This document shows, piece after piece, positions 1 to 12,988 of a DNA stretch of 64,000 bases (position 1 is the first letter of the stretch; the number at the start of each line of letters is the position of its first letter). Made by a program: the position numbers and the translations under genes. The DNA is from Phallusia mammillata (Eukaryota), in contig OZ281500.1 in the NCBI GenBank assembly GCA_965637545.1, forward strand, positions 8,742,001-8,806,000, given 5' to 3'. The notes beneath the pieces are model-generated. The model did not search any database. It was given only the letters and a program-made list of their open reading frames with translations, and was not told where the DNA came from.

Positions 1-3000
1 AACATGTGGCTGTTTTTTTTTGTTCTTGCATAACATGTTTTGTAGGCGATAACCATATGTTACAGGCATGATACAGTTCTCTGCAGTAACTTTTTTCTTC
101 CACTGACTGAATAAACATCGCCCCAAACAAGATCAATGCACCTGAGAAATATGCTTCACTCCAGATTGTTATCGATTCCAGGGAGTCAAAACTAAAAAGT
201 GTTTTGTAACTGTGTGTAGGGAAGGTTGTGGTTCTTGTTGCAGGGCCTGTTTTCTGTAGGATGAAACTGATCTCTTTATCCCAAACAAGCTGCGTAAGCA
301 AGGAATTGGCGAAATGTGCACCACAATTACAACGCTAAGTACATTTGTACTACTTGTAACACCCAAAATACAGCTCGGAAAATTTCCAGTCTGTTATGTA
401 AATATACTGTGCTAGATATAGGATGTCAGAAATATTTTTGCAGGCATTTCCAAAAGCCTGACCGCTTATGTGTGAAATTGTTTTCTGTGGAGGTTTGCCA
501 GTCAGGTTTTGGTTTCTGGTGTTTTGGAATTAGCCGGTTTGTAGAAAATATTTGCTTGCCATCTTGTTTACAGTTTGCATGAGAGTTGTGCTACAGCATT
601 TATCAAGAAAGCCACTTCAAAGAGTAACCACTGGTAAAATGCGTTAGATGAAATATTTAGGTAGGAATATTAACTGTGTTTCAGGGTTAAACTCTCCCTA
701 CTGGCAAAGATATTGTCTCCGCGATAAGGAATCCCGCCACCATACTTTTTTACCTTCAAAACCAAATGGTATGAAATGACCAATGTCTTCTCCACCTGCT
801 ACATTTCATTAGTTGTGTTGGTTTATTGGATTAAACGGTTGACCTCCAAACGCCTGGCATAAAATCGAATGATTGCGCCTTTACATACACATCACTGAGA
901 ACATTGTGGTTTGATCTTGCACTTTTGCACATTGTATGTATTTTGGCTATACAGATTTTTTCCAAATCTTGTTTTTAATGCACATCGGCGTTAAAATGAA
1001 ATAAGGTTTACTGTTTGTTCCCCTAATTGTGCTAGGTAGGGCAGTAACCATGTATTACAGGTATAACACAGACAACTACAAGTGATTCCACTAAACGTTG
1101 CGAATAAAAATTACTTGACTCTGTATCTGCGATTTAATTTGGTGAAGGTGGATGAAAAATTGAATCAAGATAACTGTTTTCAACCTGACTGCATTGTTGT
1201 TACTTTGTTAACTTTTGGTTTTAGTTGGTTAGTAACTTTTGTTTCAGAACTAATTTTCAATCTGTTGGGTGTGTTTTTACAATTGCGAGTCCTGCACACT
1301 GCTAATCAAAAATGTGTCTGAGATGATGAGATGAAATACAACAACTACCCACTCACATCTATATAAATTGTAATGTTAAGTAACTAGATGTAGGATATCC
1401 CAACATATTTTGCAGATATGCATTATCTAAACTCATTGCATGGCTGTCGGAAAACATTACATTAGGAAGTTCGCAATCTAAAGGTTTGATTTCATTCTTT
1501 TTATGATTCGCTGCTTAATAAGATTTGTGAATGTGTTTACTTTGCGCAATACTTCTTGCACTCATTGTTTCGGGGACGTGTGAAATGTCTGATAAATTGT
1601 GAAGCTGTGTAATGACTGGTGTGAAAATATTATGGTAGGGCCAATAACTGTGTTTCAGGCTTCAACTTTTCCGGTTTGCCAAGACCTGTGCTTTGCAGCA
1701 AATAATACTCCTAACAACTACGTTCCTCCGCTTACATGAGCCATGATTGTGATCAAGACATTGATACTGCATTAAGACACACATACACCAATAGGTTTCG
1801 ATTGTTTCACATCTATTTTAACATGTGGCTGTTTTTTTTTTTTTGTTCTTACATAACATATGTTTTGTAGGCAATAACCATATGTTACAGGCTACAGTAC
1901 ATGATACAGTTCTCTGCATTAACCTTTTTCTTCCACTGACTGAATAAACATCGCTCCAAACAAGATCAATGCGCCTGAGAAATATGCTTCACTCCAGATT
2001 GTTATCGATTCCAGGGAGTCAAAACTTTAGTGTTGTGTAACTGTGTGTAGGGAAGGTTGTGGTTCTTGTTGCAGGGCCTGTTTTCTGTAGGATGAAACTG
2101 ATCTCTTTATCCCAAACAAGCTGCGTAAGCAAGGAATTGGCGAAATGTGCACCACAATTACAACGCTAAGTACATTTGTACTACTTGTAACACCCAAAAA
2201 TACCACTAGGAAAATTTCCAGTCTGTTATGTAAATATACTGTGCTAGATATAGGATGTCAGAAATATTTTTGCAGGCATTTCTCAAAGCACGACCACTGA
2301 TGTGTGAAAATGTTTTCTGTGGAGGTTTGCCAGTCAGGTTTTGGTTTCTGGTGTTTTGGAATTGCCGGTTTGTAGAAAATATTTGCTTGCCATCTTGTTT
2401 ACAGGTTGCATGAGAGTTGTGCTATGGCATTTATCAAGAAAGCCACTTCAAAGAGTAACCACTGGTAAAAAGCGTTAGATGAAATATTTAGGTGGGAATA
2501 TTAACTGTGTTTCAGGTTAAACTCTCCCCTTGGGCAAAGATATATGCTCCGCGATAAGGAATCCCGCCACGATACTTTTTTACTTTCAAAACCAAATGGT
2601 ATGAAATGACCAATGTCTTCTCCACCTGCTACATTTCATTAGTTGTGTTCGTTTTTTGGATTGAATGGTTGACCTCCAAACGCCTGGCATAAAATCGAAT
2701 GATTGCGCCTTTACATACACATCACTGAGAACATTGTGGTTTGATCTTGCACTTTTGCACATTGTATGTATTTTGGCTATACAGATTTTTTCCAAATCTT
2801 GTTTTTAATGCACATTGGCGTTAAAATGAAATACGGTTTACTGTTTGTTCCCCTAATTGTGCTAGGTAGGGCAGTAACCATGTATTACAGGTATAACACA
2901 GACAACTACAAGTGATTCCACTAAACGTCGCGAATAAAAATTACTTGACTCTGTATTTGCGATTTAATTTGGTGAAGGTGGATGAAAAATTGAATCAAGA

Positions 3001-6000
3001 TAACTGTTTTCAACCTGACTGCATTGTTGTTACTTTGTTAACTTTTGGTTTTAGTTGGTTAGTAACTTTTGTTTCAGAACTAATTTTCAATCTGTTGGGT
3101 GTGTTTTTACAATTGCGAGTCTTGCACACTGCTAATCAAAAATGTGTCTGAGATGATGAGATAAAATACAACAACTACCCACTCACATCTATATAAATTG
3201 TAATGTTAAGTAACTAGATGTAGGATATCCCAACATATTTTGCAGATATGCATTATCTAAACTCATTGCATGGCTGTCGGAAAACATTACATTAGGAAGT
3301 TCGCAATCTAAAGGTTTGATTTCATACTTTTTATGATTCGCTGCTTAATAAGATTTGTGAATGTGTTTACTTTGCGCAATACTTCTTGCACTCATTGTTT
3401 CGGGGACGTGTGAAATGTCTGATAAATTGTGAAGCTGTGCAATGACTGGTGTGAAAATATTATGGTAGGGCCAATAACTGTGTTTCAGGCTTCAACTTTT
3501 CCGGTTTGCCAAGACCTGTGCTTTGCAGCAAATAATACTCCTAACAACTACGTTCCTCCGCTTACATGAGCCATGATTGTGATCAAGACATTGATACTGC
3601 ATTAAGACACACATGCACCAATAGGTTTCAATTGTTTCACATCTATTTTAACATGTGGCTGTTTTTTTTTGTTCTTGCATAACATGTTTTGTAGGCGATA
3701 ACCATATGTTACAGGCATGATACAGTTCTCTGCAGTAACTTTTTTCTTCCACTGACTGAATAAACATCGCCCCAAACAAGATCAATGCACCTGAGAAATA
3801 TGCTTCACTCCAGATTGTTATCGATTCCAGGGAGTCAAAACTAAAAAGTGTTTTGTAACTGTGTGTAGGGAAGGTTGTGGTTCTTGTTGCAGGGCCTGTT
3901 TTCTGTAGGATGAAACTGATCTCTTTATCCCAAACAAGCTGTGTAAGCAAGGAATTGGCGAAATGTGCACCACAATTACAACGCTAAGTACATTTGTACT
4001 ACTTGTAACACCCAAAATACAGCTCGGAAAATTTCCAGTCTGTTATGTAAATATACTGTGCTAGATATAGGATGTCAGAAATATTTTTGCAGGCATTTCC
4101 AAAAGCCCGACCGCTTATGTGTGAAATTGTTTTCTGTGGAGGTTTGCCAGTCAGGTTTTGGTTTCTGGTGTTTTGGAATTAGCCGGTTTGTAGAAAATAT
4201 TTGCTTGCCATCTTGTTTACAGGGTGCATGAGAGTTGTGCTACAGCATTTATCAAGAAAGCCACTTCAAAGAGTAACCACTGGTAAAATGCGTTAGATGA
4301 AATATTTAGGTAGGAATATTAACTGTGTTTCAGGTTAAACTCTCCCTACTGGCAAAGATATTGTCTCCGCGATAAGGAATCCCGCCACCATACTTTTTTA
4401 CCTTCAAAACCAAATGGTATGAAATGACCAATGTCTTCTCCACCTGCTACATTTCATTAGTTGTGTTGGTTTATTGGATTAAACGGTTGACCTCCAAACG
4501 CCTGGCATAAAATCGAATGATTGCGCCTTTACATACACATCACTGAGAACATTGTGGTTTGATCTTGCACTTTTGCACATTGTATGTATTTTGGCTATAC
4601 AGATTTTTTCCAAATCTTGTTTTTAATGCACATCGGCGTTAAAATGAAATACGGTTTACTGTTTGTTCCCCTAATTGTGCTAGGTAGGGCAGTAACCATG
4701 TATTACAGGTATAACACAGACAACTACAAGTGATTCCACTAAACGTCGCGAATAAAAATTACTTGACTCTGTATCTCAATTTAATTTGGTGAAGGTGGAT
4801 GAAAAATTGAATCAAGATAACTGTTTTCAACCTGACTGCATTGTTGTTACTTTGTTAACTTTTGGTTTTAGTTGGTTAGTAACTTTTGTTTCAGAACTAA
4901 TTTTCAATCTGTTGGGTGTGTTTTTACAATTGCGAGTCTTGCACACTGCTAATCAAAAATGTGTCTGAGATGATGAGATAAAATACAACAACTACCCACT
5001 CACATCTATATAAATTGTAATGTTAAGTAACTAGATGTAGGATATCCCAACATATTTTGCAGATATGCATTATCTAAACTCATTGCATGGCTGTCGGAAA
5101 ACATTACATTAGGAAGTTCGCAATCTAAAGGTTTGATTTCATACTTTTTATGATTCGCTGCTTAATAAGATTTGTGAATGTGTTTACTTTGCGCAATACT
5201 TCTTGCACTCATTTTTTTCGGGGACATGTGGAATGTCTGATAAATTGTGAAGCTGTGTAATGACTGGTGTGAAAATATTATGGTAGGGCCAATAACTGTG
5301 TTTCAGGCTTCAACTTTTCCGGTTTGCCAAGACCTGTGCTTTGCAGCAAATAATACTCCTAACAACTACGTTCCTCCGCTTACATGAGCCATGATTGTGA
5401 TCAAGACATTGGTACTGCATTAAGACACACATGCACCAATAGGTTTCAATTGTTTCACATCTATTTTAACATGTGGCTGTTTTTTTTTGTTCTTACATAA
5501 CATATGTTTTGTAGGCAATAACCATATGTTACAGGCTACAGTACATGATACAGTTCTCTGCATTAACTTTTTTCTTCCACTGACTGAATAAACATCGCTC
5601 CAAACAAGATCAATGCGCCTGAGAAATATGCTTCATTTCAGATTGTTATCGATTCCAGGGAGTCAAAACTTTAGTGTTGTGTAACTGTGTGTAGGGAAGG
5701 TTGTGGTTCTTGTTGCAGGGCCTGTTTTCTGTAGGATGAAACTGATCTCTTTATCCCAAACAAGCTGTGTAAGCAAGGAATTGGCGAAATGTGCACCACA
5801 ATTACAACGCTAAGTACATTTGTACTACTTGTAACACCCAAAAATACCGCTAGGAAAATTTCCAGTCTGTTATGTAAATATACTGTGCTAGATATAGGAT
5901 GTCAGAAATATTTTTGCAGGCATTTCTCAAAGCCCAAACCACTGATGTGTGAAAATGTTTTCTGTGGAGGTTTGCCAGTCAGGTTTTGGTTTCTGGTGTT

Positions 6001-8640
6001 TTGGAATTAGCCGGTTTGTAGAAAATATTTGCTTGCCATCTTGTTTACAGGGTGCATGAGAGTTGTGCTATGGCATTTATCAAGAAAGCCACTTCAAAGA
6101 GTAATCACTGGTAAAAAGCGTTAGATGAAATATTTAGGTAGGAATATTAACTGTGTTTCAGGTTAAACTCTCCGTGTTGGCAAAGATGTTGTCTCCGCGA
6201 TAAGGAATCCCGCCACCATACTTTTTTGCCTTCAAAACCAAATGGTATGAAATGACCAATGTCTTCTCCACCTGCTACATTTCATTAGTTGTGTTCGTTT
6301 TTTGGATTGAACGGTTGACCTCCAAACGCCTGGCATAAAATCGAATGATTGCGCCTTTACATACACATCACTGAGAACATTGTGGTTTGATCTTGCACTT
6401 TTGCACATTGTATGTATTTTGGCTATACAGATTTTTTCCAAATCTTGTTTTTAATGCACATCGGCGTTAAAATGAAATAAGGTTTACTGTTTGTTCCCCT
6501 AATTGTGCTAGGTAGGGCAGTAACCATGTATTACAGGTATAACACAGACAACTACAAGTGATTCCACTAAACGTCGCTAAAGAAAATTACATGACTCCGT
6601 ATCTGCGATTTAATTTGGTGAAGGTGGATGAAAAATTGAATCAAGATAACTGTTTTCAACCTGACTGCATTGTTGTTACTTTGTTAACTTTGGTTTTGGT
6701 TGGTTAGTAACTTTTCTTTCAGAACTAATTTTCAATCTGTTGGATGTGATGTGTTTTTACAATTGCGAGTCCTGCACACTGCTAATCAAAAATGTGCCTG
6801 AGATAATCAGATAAAATACAACAACTACCCACTCACATCCATATAAATTGTAATGTTAAGTAACTAGATGTAGGATATCCCAACATATTTTGCAGATATG
6901 CATTATCCAGACTTATCACATGACTGTCGGAAAACATTACATTAGGAAGTTTGCCAATCTAAAGGTTTGTTTTCATACTTTTTATGGTTATGGTTGTAAG
7001 CTAATAGAATTGACGAATGTGAATAGTTTGAACAATGCTTCTTGCACTCATTTTTGTGTGATGTATAAAATGTCTGAGAAAGTGTGAAACTATAATGACT
7101 GGTGTGAAAATGTTTTGGTAGGGCCAATAATTGTGTTTCAGACATCAACTATTCCGGTTTGCGAGGGCTGGTGCTTTGCAGCAATTAATACTCATGTGAG
7201 CCATGATTGTGATCAAGACATTGATTCTGCATTAAGACCCACCAATCGGTTTCAATTGTTACCAATCTTTGTTTAACATGTGGCTGTATTTTTTTTTGTT
7301 CTAGCATAAAATAGTTTCTGTGGGCAATAACCATATGTTACAGGCATGATACAGTTCTCTGCATTAACTTTTTTTCCACTGACTGAATAAACATTCCCCC
7401 AAACAAGAGCAATGCGCCTGAGAAATATGCTTCACTCCAGATTGTTATCGGTTCCAGGGAGTCAAATCTTAAAAGTGTTTTGTAACTGTGTGTAGGGAAG
7501 GTGGTTGTTGTTGCAGGGCCTGTTTTCTTTACGATGAAACTGATCTCTTTATCCCCAACAAACTTCGATTGTAAACACGGAATTGACGAAGTGTGCACCT
7601 CCACCACAGCGCTAAGTACACTTGTATCACCCCGTAATAACGCTAGAAAATTTCCAGTTGTTATGTAAATATACTGCGCTAGATGTAGGATGTCAGAAAT
7701 ATTTTACTGGCATTTCCCAAAGCCTGACCGCTGATGTGTGAAAACGTTTCATATCGAGGTTTGCCCGTCAGGTTTTTTTTTCTGGTGTTTTGGAATTAGC
7801 CGGTTTGTAGGAAATATTTGCTCGCCATCTTGTTTACAGGTTGCATGAGAGTTGTGCTACAGCGTTTTATCAAGAAAGCCACTTCAAAGATTAACCACTG
7901 GTAAAAAGCGTTAAATGAAATATTTAGGTAGGAACATTAACTGTGTTTCAGGATTAAACTCTTCCCATTGGCAAAGATATTGTCTCAGCAATAAGGACAT
8001 GCCAAGTTACTACCGAAGCATAGAGTCCCTTTATCTATTTTTTCCATTCAATCTGGCCTTAAAATGGAATCCGTGCGCCTTAACATATTTATTATTCAAA
8101 ACATTGAGGTTTGATCTTGCACATTGTATGTATTTTGGGTATACTTATTTTTTTCAAATCCTGTTTTTAATGCACTTTGGTGTTAAAATATAGTAAATAA
8201 GGTATGCTATATATTCTCTTAATTGTGCTAGGTAGGGCATTAACCATGTATTTCAGGTATAATACAGACAACTGCAAGTGATTCCACTAAACACCCTCAA
8301 AGAAAATTACATGACTATGTATCTGTGATTTAATTTGGTAAAGGTGGATGAAAAATTGAGCCAAGATAAATATTTTCAACCTACCTGGATTGTTGTTACT
8401 TTGTTAAGTTTTGATTGCAAGTCCTACACACTGCTGGTCATAAATACGCTTAAGATGATGAAATAAAACGCGACAACTACTCACTCAAATCCATATAAAT
8501 TGTAATGTTAAGTAACTAGATGTAGGATATCCCAACATATTTTGCAGATATGCATTATCTAAACTCATTGCAAGGCTGTCGGAAAACATTACATTAGGAA
8601 GTTTGCCAATCTGAAGGTTTGATTTCATACTTTCAGTAAT
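1..8640. repeat. Tandem array (macrosatellite) of ~1.82-kb units: four full units plus a diverged fifth; probably continues left of the window
   Basis: The anchor aacatgtggctgt starts at 1, 1820, 3650, 5468 and 7275. Near-identical spurious ORFs recur at offsets 1830, 3649 and 3646 in the ORF track (1082/2912; 169/3818; 316/3965; 2586/6232). Confidence 0.97.
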
Positions 8641-9870
8641 TCAAAGCATGTTAATGTTTGTATATGTACTTACTTTGAGAACGTGTTTGCCGGGTGTTTT
8701 TATTGTTTGCCATTAAATTTTTTTGGTGAAGCTGTGTAATGTTGAATATTCTGTTGTCTAATTACTGTTTGAAGGTTTTTTGGTAGGTTGCTGTGTTTCA
8801 GTCATCAACTTTCATTGTTTGTGGGGGCATATACTCTGTAACAATGAATGCTTTAAACTCAATTTGTGATTAAAAGTAATCAGTGAAATTGGAAAATGTT
8901 AGTTTTGGTGCTTTTCTTCTCATGAAACATGGCAATGATATTTTTTTAGTGGAGGCAATAATTGTGATTTAGAAATAGACTTGTCATGGTTTGTAATGTC
9001 ATAAACTCAACAGTGAAATCATTTTCTAAAAATTTGCCCTCGACAAAAATCACAATCATGTTTGTTGTTCGTGAAACAGTTTCTTAATGATTATTGCAAT
9101 TCCACTTGTTTGCTTGTTTTGTTATTCGTTGGATGTAGAAATTTTGATTGACAAAAACTTTCATAAACGCTTGGAAACCTATGTTTGAAATATTTTAGAA
9201 AAACATTGTTTTTGTAGATCTAACCTGCTACGATGCTTTAATATAAAATCTTATGAATGCTGTGTTTTTGACATAGTACCTTTGCATGTTGGTAAATTTC
9301 CAAATGCTTTACTTTGCATAAAAACCATGTACTTAATCCAAAACCTGATTATCATTTTCTGTGGTTATATGGATTAGTTAATCTGCAGTCTGCACACAAT
9401 TTCACTAGCATTTATGGTCAATGTGTTAAACAAATGGTTCTGTTGGAATGTCTTTATTATTATTTTCACGCTGAAAGTGATTTAACAAATATATTGGTGC
9501 CTTGTATTTAGATGTTTATTGCCATCACATTTAGTAGATATAACTCACAACAATCATTGACTTTTTTACAATAATGCTTTTATTTGCATGAAGGCAAAAT
9601 TAATCTAGTTTTAAAAGCAAATTTAAAACGTATACAATCATTTAATTCACGCACTTTGTTCTAGTGATGTTGTTACCTGGTGTCATGTTGGGTTTTTAGT
9701 GATTGACAGCATTTTTTACAATTCAATTCAAAACTTGGCTGTGTACCATTGGCTTACTATTAAGGTTGAAATGTAATATTTTGCAGCATGAAGAATTGTT
9801 AATCAGTTACTGTTTGCTCAACCTGTTGTTAGGTGTTTTTCATGTTTATTTGCATTGTCCATCCTTGATT
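1..9870 (+). pseudogene. Probable decayed leucine-rich-repeat (LRR) coding sequence underlying the tandem array and its degenerate right flank
   Basis: + strand translations give many LxxLxLxxNxL-like segments amid stops and frameshifts: INIAPNKI (111-134), YTVLDIGCQKYF (403-438), YLTLYLRFNLV (1112-1144), GVFLQLRVLHTANQ (1268-1309), LRGLVLCSN (7159-7185), LYGLVNLQSAHNF (9365-9403), LLLRLKCNIL (9754-9783). There is no intact ORF, and the T-rich strand could inflate chance matches. Confidence 0.5.
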
Positions 9871-11876
9871 AAATAATCTTTTGACTTCTAATGTTTAACT
9901 TCAAAGCAACCAAACTAAATTGTGTATGGTGTAATTTGAAGCATCATAGCCGTAGATACTCGCTTATTTAAGTGCGACGGTGTTTTCATTAAATATCCAT
10001 TTTCTTGACAATCATAGAAAATGTTTATGCTTGTCTTAACTACGTTTCTATTTTCGTTTGCATTGCACACGTCATGTAGAACAGAAGCAACACAATCGAA
10101 ACGAAAGTCGAATGCTTCGGAGACGGACTTGTACTAATGGGCGAACGTTGTTTGAGTTTGTTTCGTTTTTTCCTCTACCTTCATGCATGTAAATTAGCTA
10201 TCGTTTTTGCTCAAAACGTTAATGTTTGTGGTGTTCCATCTGCCCCTGTTTGGCGCAATCTTGTTGTATGAATAGATTCCAGTTTCTTTTCCTTGCACAG
10301 TGATAGTCTACCTGTGCAGGGGTCTCTTCTGGTTTATCAAAAAGAGACCCACTGCAAAGGCTGGCACCTTGACGTGGTGCAGTGGCTTACTAACCAAGAC
10401 CAGCCGACTACCACAACAAAAACAGTTCACAGTTATAAACTATTAAATCTTGATTGCAAAAAATAGTCTGCAACGAATACGGAGCATATACTGCACCAAC
10501 ATTTCAGGCAAACGCAAGCAACAAACTTTGATGGTGTGGTTTCAAAATAGTGTGCCGTCTGTCAAATGGATGTTGAATAAACTTAGCATCAGATAGTAGG
10601 CTACTGGAAGAAATAAACCACATTATTTCGAACTGGGTGTTGTAAGTTCAATATTTTCAGCTCGATGTTGTAAGTTCAATAAACTCATTTGACTTCTATC
10701 AAGCTCCTGCTCATAGCTGCAAACAGTGACTAACAAACCAATGCTATGAAGTGTGTCATACGTTGTATCAAACCAATATTGAAATCATCCACAACTGAGA
10801 GCAAAGAGAAACGCCATCGTATGAAAGGAATGAGTTTGCTGTTGTACCAACTCCTTAAAAGTGTTTCTTTACCTCAGTAATTTTAAAAAACAAGCAGGCA
10901 GGCAATTGGCGGCCGTTGGTAAAATAAAGATCTGTGGTGCCGCCGTCATAGCAAAAAGGTTGTGCACCTATGCACTAAAGCAGGGCTTCTGAAACATTAT
11001 GCGTTATTATGTCAGTCACAATAAATGGTGTATGTGCGTACATTCATTGGTGCCAGAGACGAGTTTGTGCGGCCGTGGTCATGTTTATTAGAATACAGTC
11101 AAACTTCGATACTATGCCACCCTCGCTACTATACCACTTTTGATCGTCACCAACTAAATTCAATAGAAAATATATTTACTTGGCCACCCCTTGCCCTTGA
11201 TACTATGACACATGAGAGCAAGGGCGTCCGCACATAGGGGCAAATGGGGTCAGCTGACCCCCCCTGGAAAATTGTTGGATGAAAAATGAAAATGCGTAAA
11301 GTAATGAAAAAGTAATTTTAAACATTTGCCAAAAATAAAACTATTTTCGTTACCAATAGGGGTGAACAGGCAACTTTCTTTTTTGTTGATACCCACGAAA
11401 GAACGAGACAGTTCTAAACCGAGAAACTTTTTATTCTGTGGATACATCGATATCCACATAATCATACACATTACGCTTGCTTTTCAATTTCTATTATACG
11501 CTTGCTGTTCAATTTCTTTAGTTTTTTGACAAATGCAGTTATATGGTGATTTGTGGTTCGTAGATATCAGAATAATTGATTTTGGGGATTAGTGCAGAAT
11601 GCTCAAATCTTTTTTGGCTAACTGCAAATCTCAAATCATCACATATAGGCTATACTGGTAAACTGCATTTACAGCTTGCCACACTTCTACCAGTCCTTGG
11701 CAGATTGAAACTAAGCTATTTGAACAATCGCTAATTTTCAAATTTGCTGTTGATATAATCACAACTCATAACTTTTTCTGTGTATGGTTTTAAAGATTAT
11801 AGACTCCCAAATACCATCGCGTAATTGAAATGCTTCTTTTTCTCTGTTCTTACCTTCCTTTACTATCTCTTCTTGG

Positions 11877-12988
11877 CAGGGCCGGATTAACACCATTAGA
11901 GGCCCTAAGCACTAAAACAATTTGGTGCCCCTTACACCATTTTTAATTCGAAATATAAACGTAAAAAGAAAATTCTTCATCGAGATTTCGATTTTAACAT
12001 AATATACAATGGACTATAAGCTTAGCTTTGATATTAAACTGGCAGATTTGTTTCAGAATGCCAGAAATACTTCAAAACTCAATTAAAAACGCCTAATTTT
12101 GCTGCTGCCTTCCCCAGTCTCAGCACTGTTGCCCAATTGTAAAACATACTAGTATTAGCGTCGTGTTTAAGTTACATTTGCCACATACGAGAATATGTTT
12201 TCAAACAGCATGCTATTAACTAAGCACTGCCTTACTGTCTTGACCAGGGGTGCCCAATCTTTTTTGACTCAAGATCGACGTTTGAGGTAGTCCAACTCCG
12301 GGATCTACCATTCCAATACAAACTAACAAGATAATGCAAGACTATGTGTGTATTACCAAAGGAAAACTAGCATTTTCCGAGCCCTGTTTTATGTTTTTTA
12401 TCGTGGTTTGGGTGTGACTTTTTACACTGCATTGAACTTAATTTTTTATAATTCATCCGACGCTAATCTTGATAATAAAAAAGTACCAGCACAAAGTAAC
12501 CATTGCTATTGTAACTATTACTTTTGTGACTTTTGCGACGTAAAGCGTCGACTGAGTATTTGTGGTGTGACTATATCAACAAATCCTAATGAATAACTTT
12601 CACAATAAAGTCATCTATGTAGGGCAACATTCCCTAAGAACGCATTACAAAACAAGTATTGTAAATAATTTTCTGAATCCCTCGCGGTCGACTTGATATC
12701 AGTCCGTGATCGACCAGTCGATCGTGAGTCTTGACTGTTTCAGGTTTTAACAAACAGAACAACGCAACGTTGTTACGTCATATAGCACGCAATCAATCCC
12801 TTTTGTCAGTTATTTTATTTGATTTTCTCGCTTTATAAACAGAACTTATTCATTTCATTACATTTTGAATATAGTTGTAGTTTTTTGTTAGATTCAATAA
12901 TTTACCTAGAAACCATTTCTGTGGTGCCCCTCCTTTACTTGATGCCCTAAGCGCGTGCTTATATTGTTTATAGGTTAATCCAGCACTG
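11877..12988. mobile_element. hAT-like MITE
   Basis: TIR cagggccggattaac / gttaatccagcactg. Perfect TSD cttcttgg at 11869-11876 and 12989-12996. Confidence 0.9.
12245..12730. mobile_element. Truncated hAT-type MITE (right TIR not found)
   Basis: Starts caggggtgcccaatcttttt, with gatcgac/gtcgatc subterminal motifs near both ends. No matching right TIR or TSD is visible. Confidence 0.55.

Noticed and set aside
169-8193. Short recurrent ORFs in the tandem array as functional small genes
   Set aside because: They differ between copies by stops and frameshifts, and substitutions in the blocks I compared are mostly non-synonymous. They are best read as fragments of a decayed sequence.
1-8640. Array as rDNA, 5S, snRNA, histone, spliced-leader cluster, CRISPR or Helitron tandem
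   Set aside because: I found no recognisable RNA-gene or histone sequence and no short repeat-spacer structure. The ccctaattgtgctaggtaggg hairpin is too weak to call a Helitron end.
10316-10356. Small inverted repeat tgcaggggtctctt...aagagacccactgca
   Set aside because: Too short, with no TSD. It may be a MITE relic but cannot be supported.
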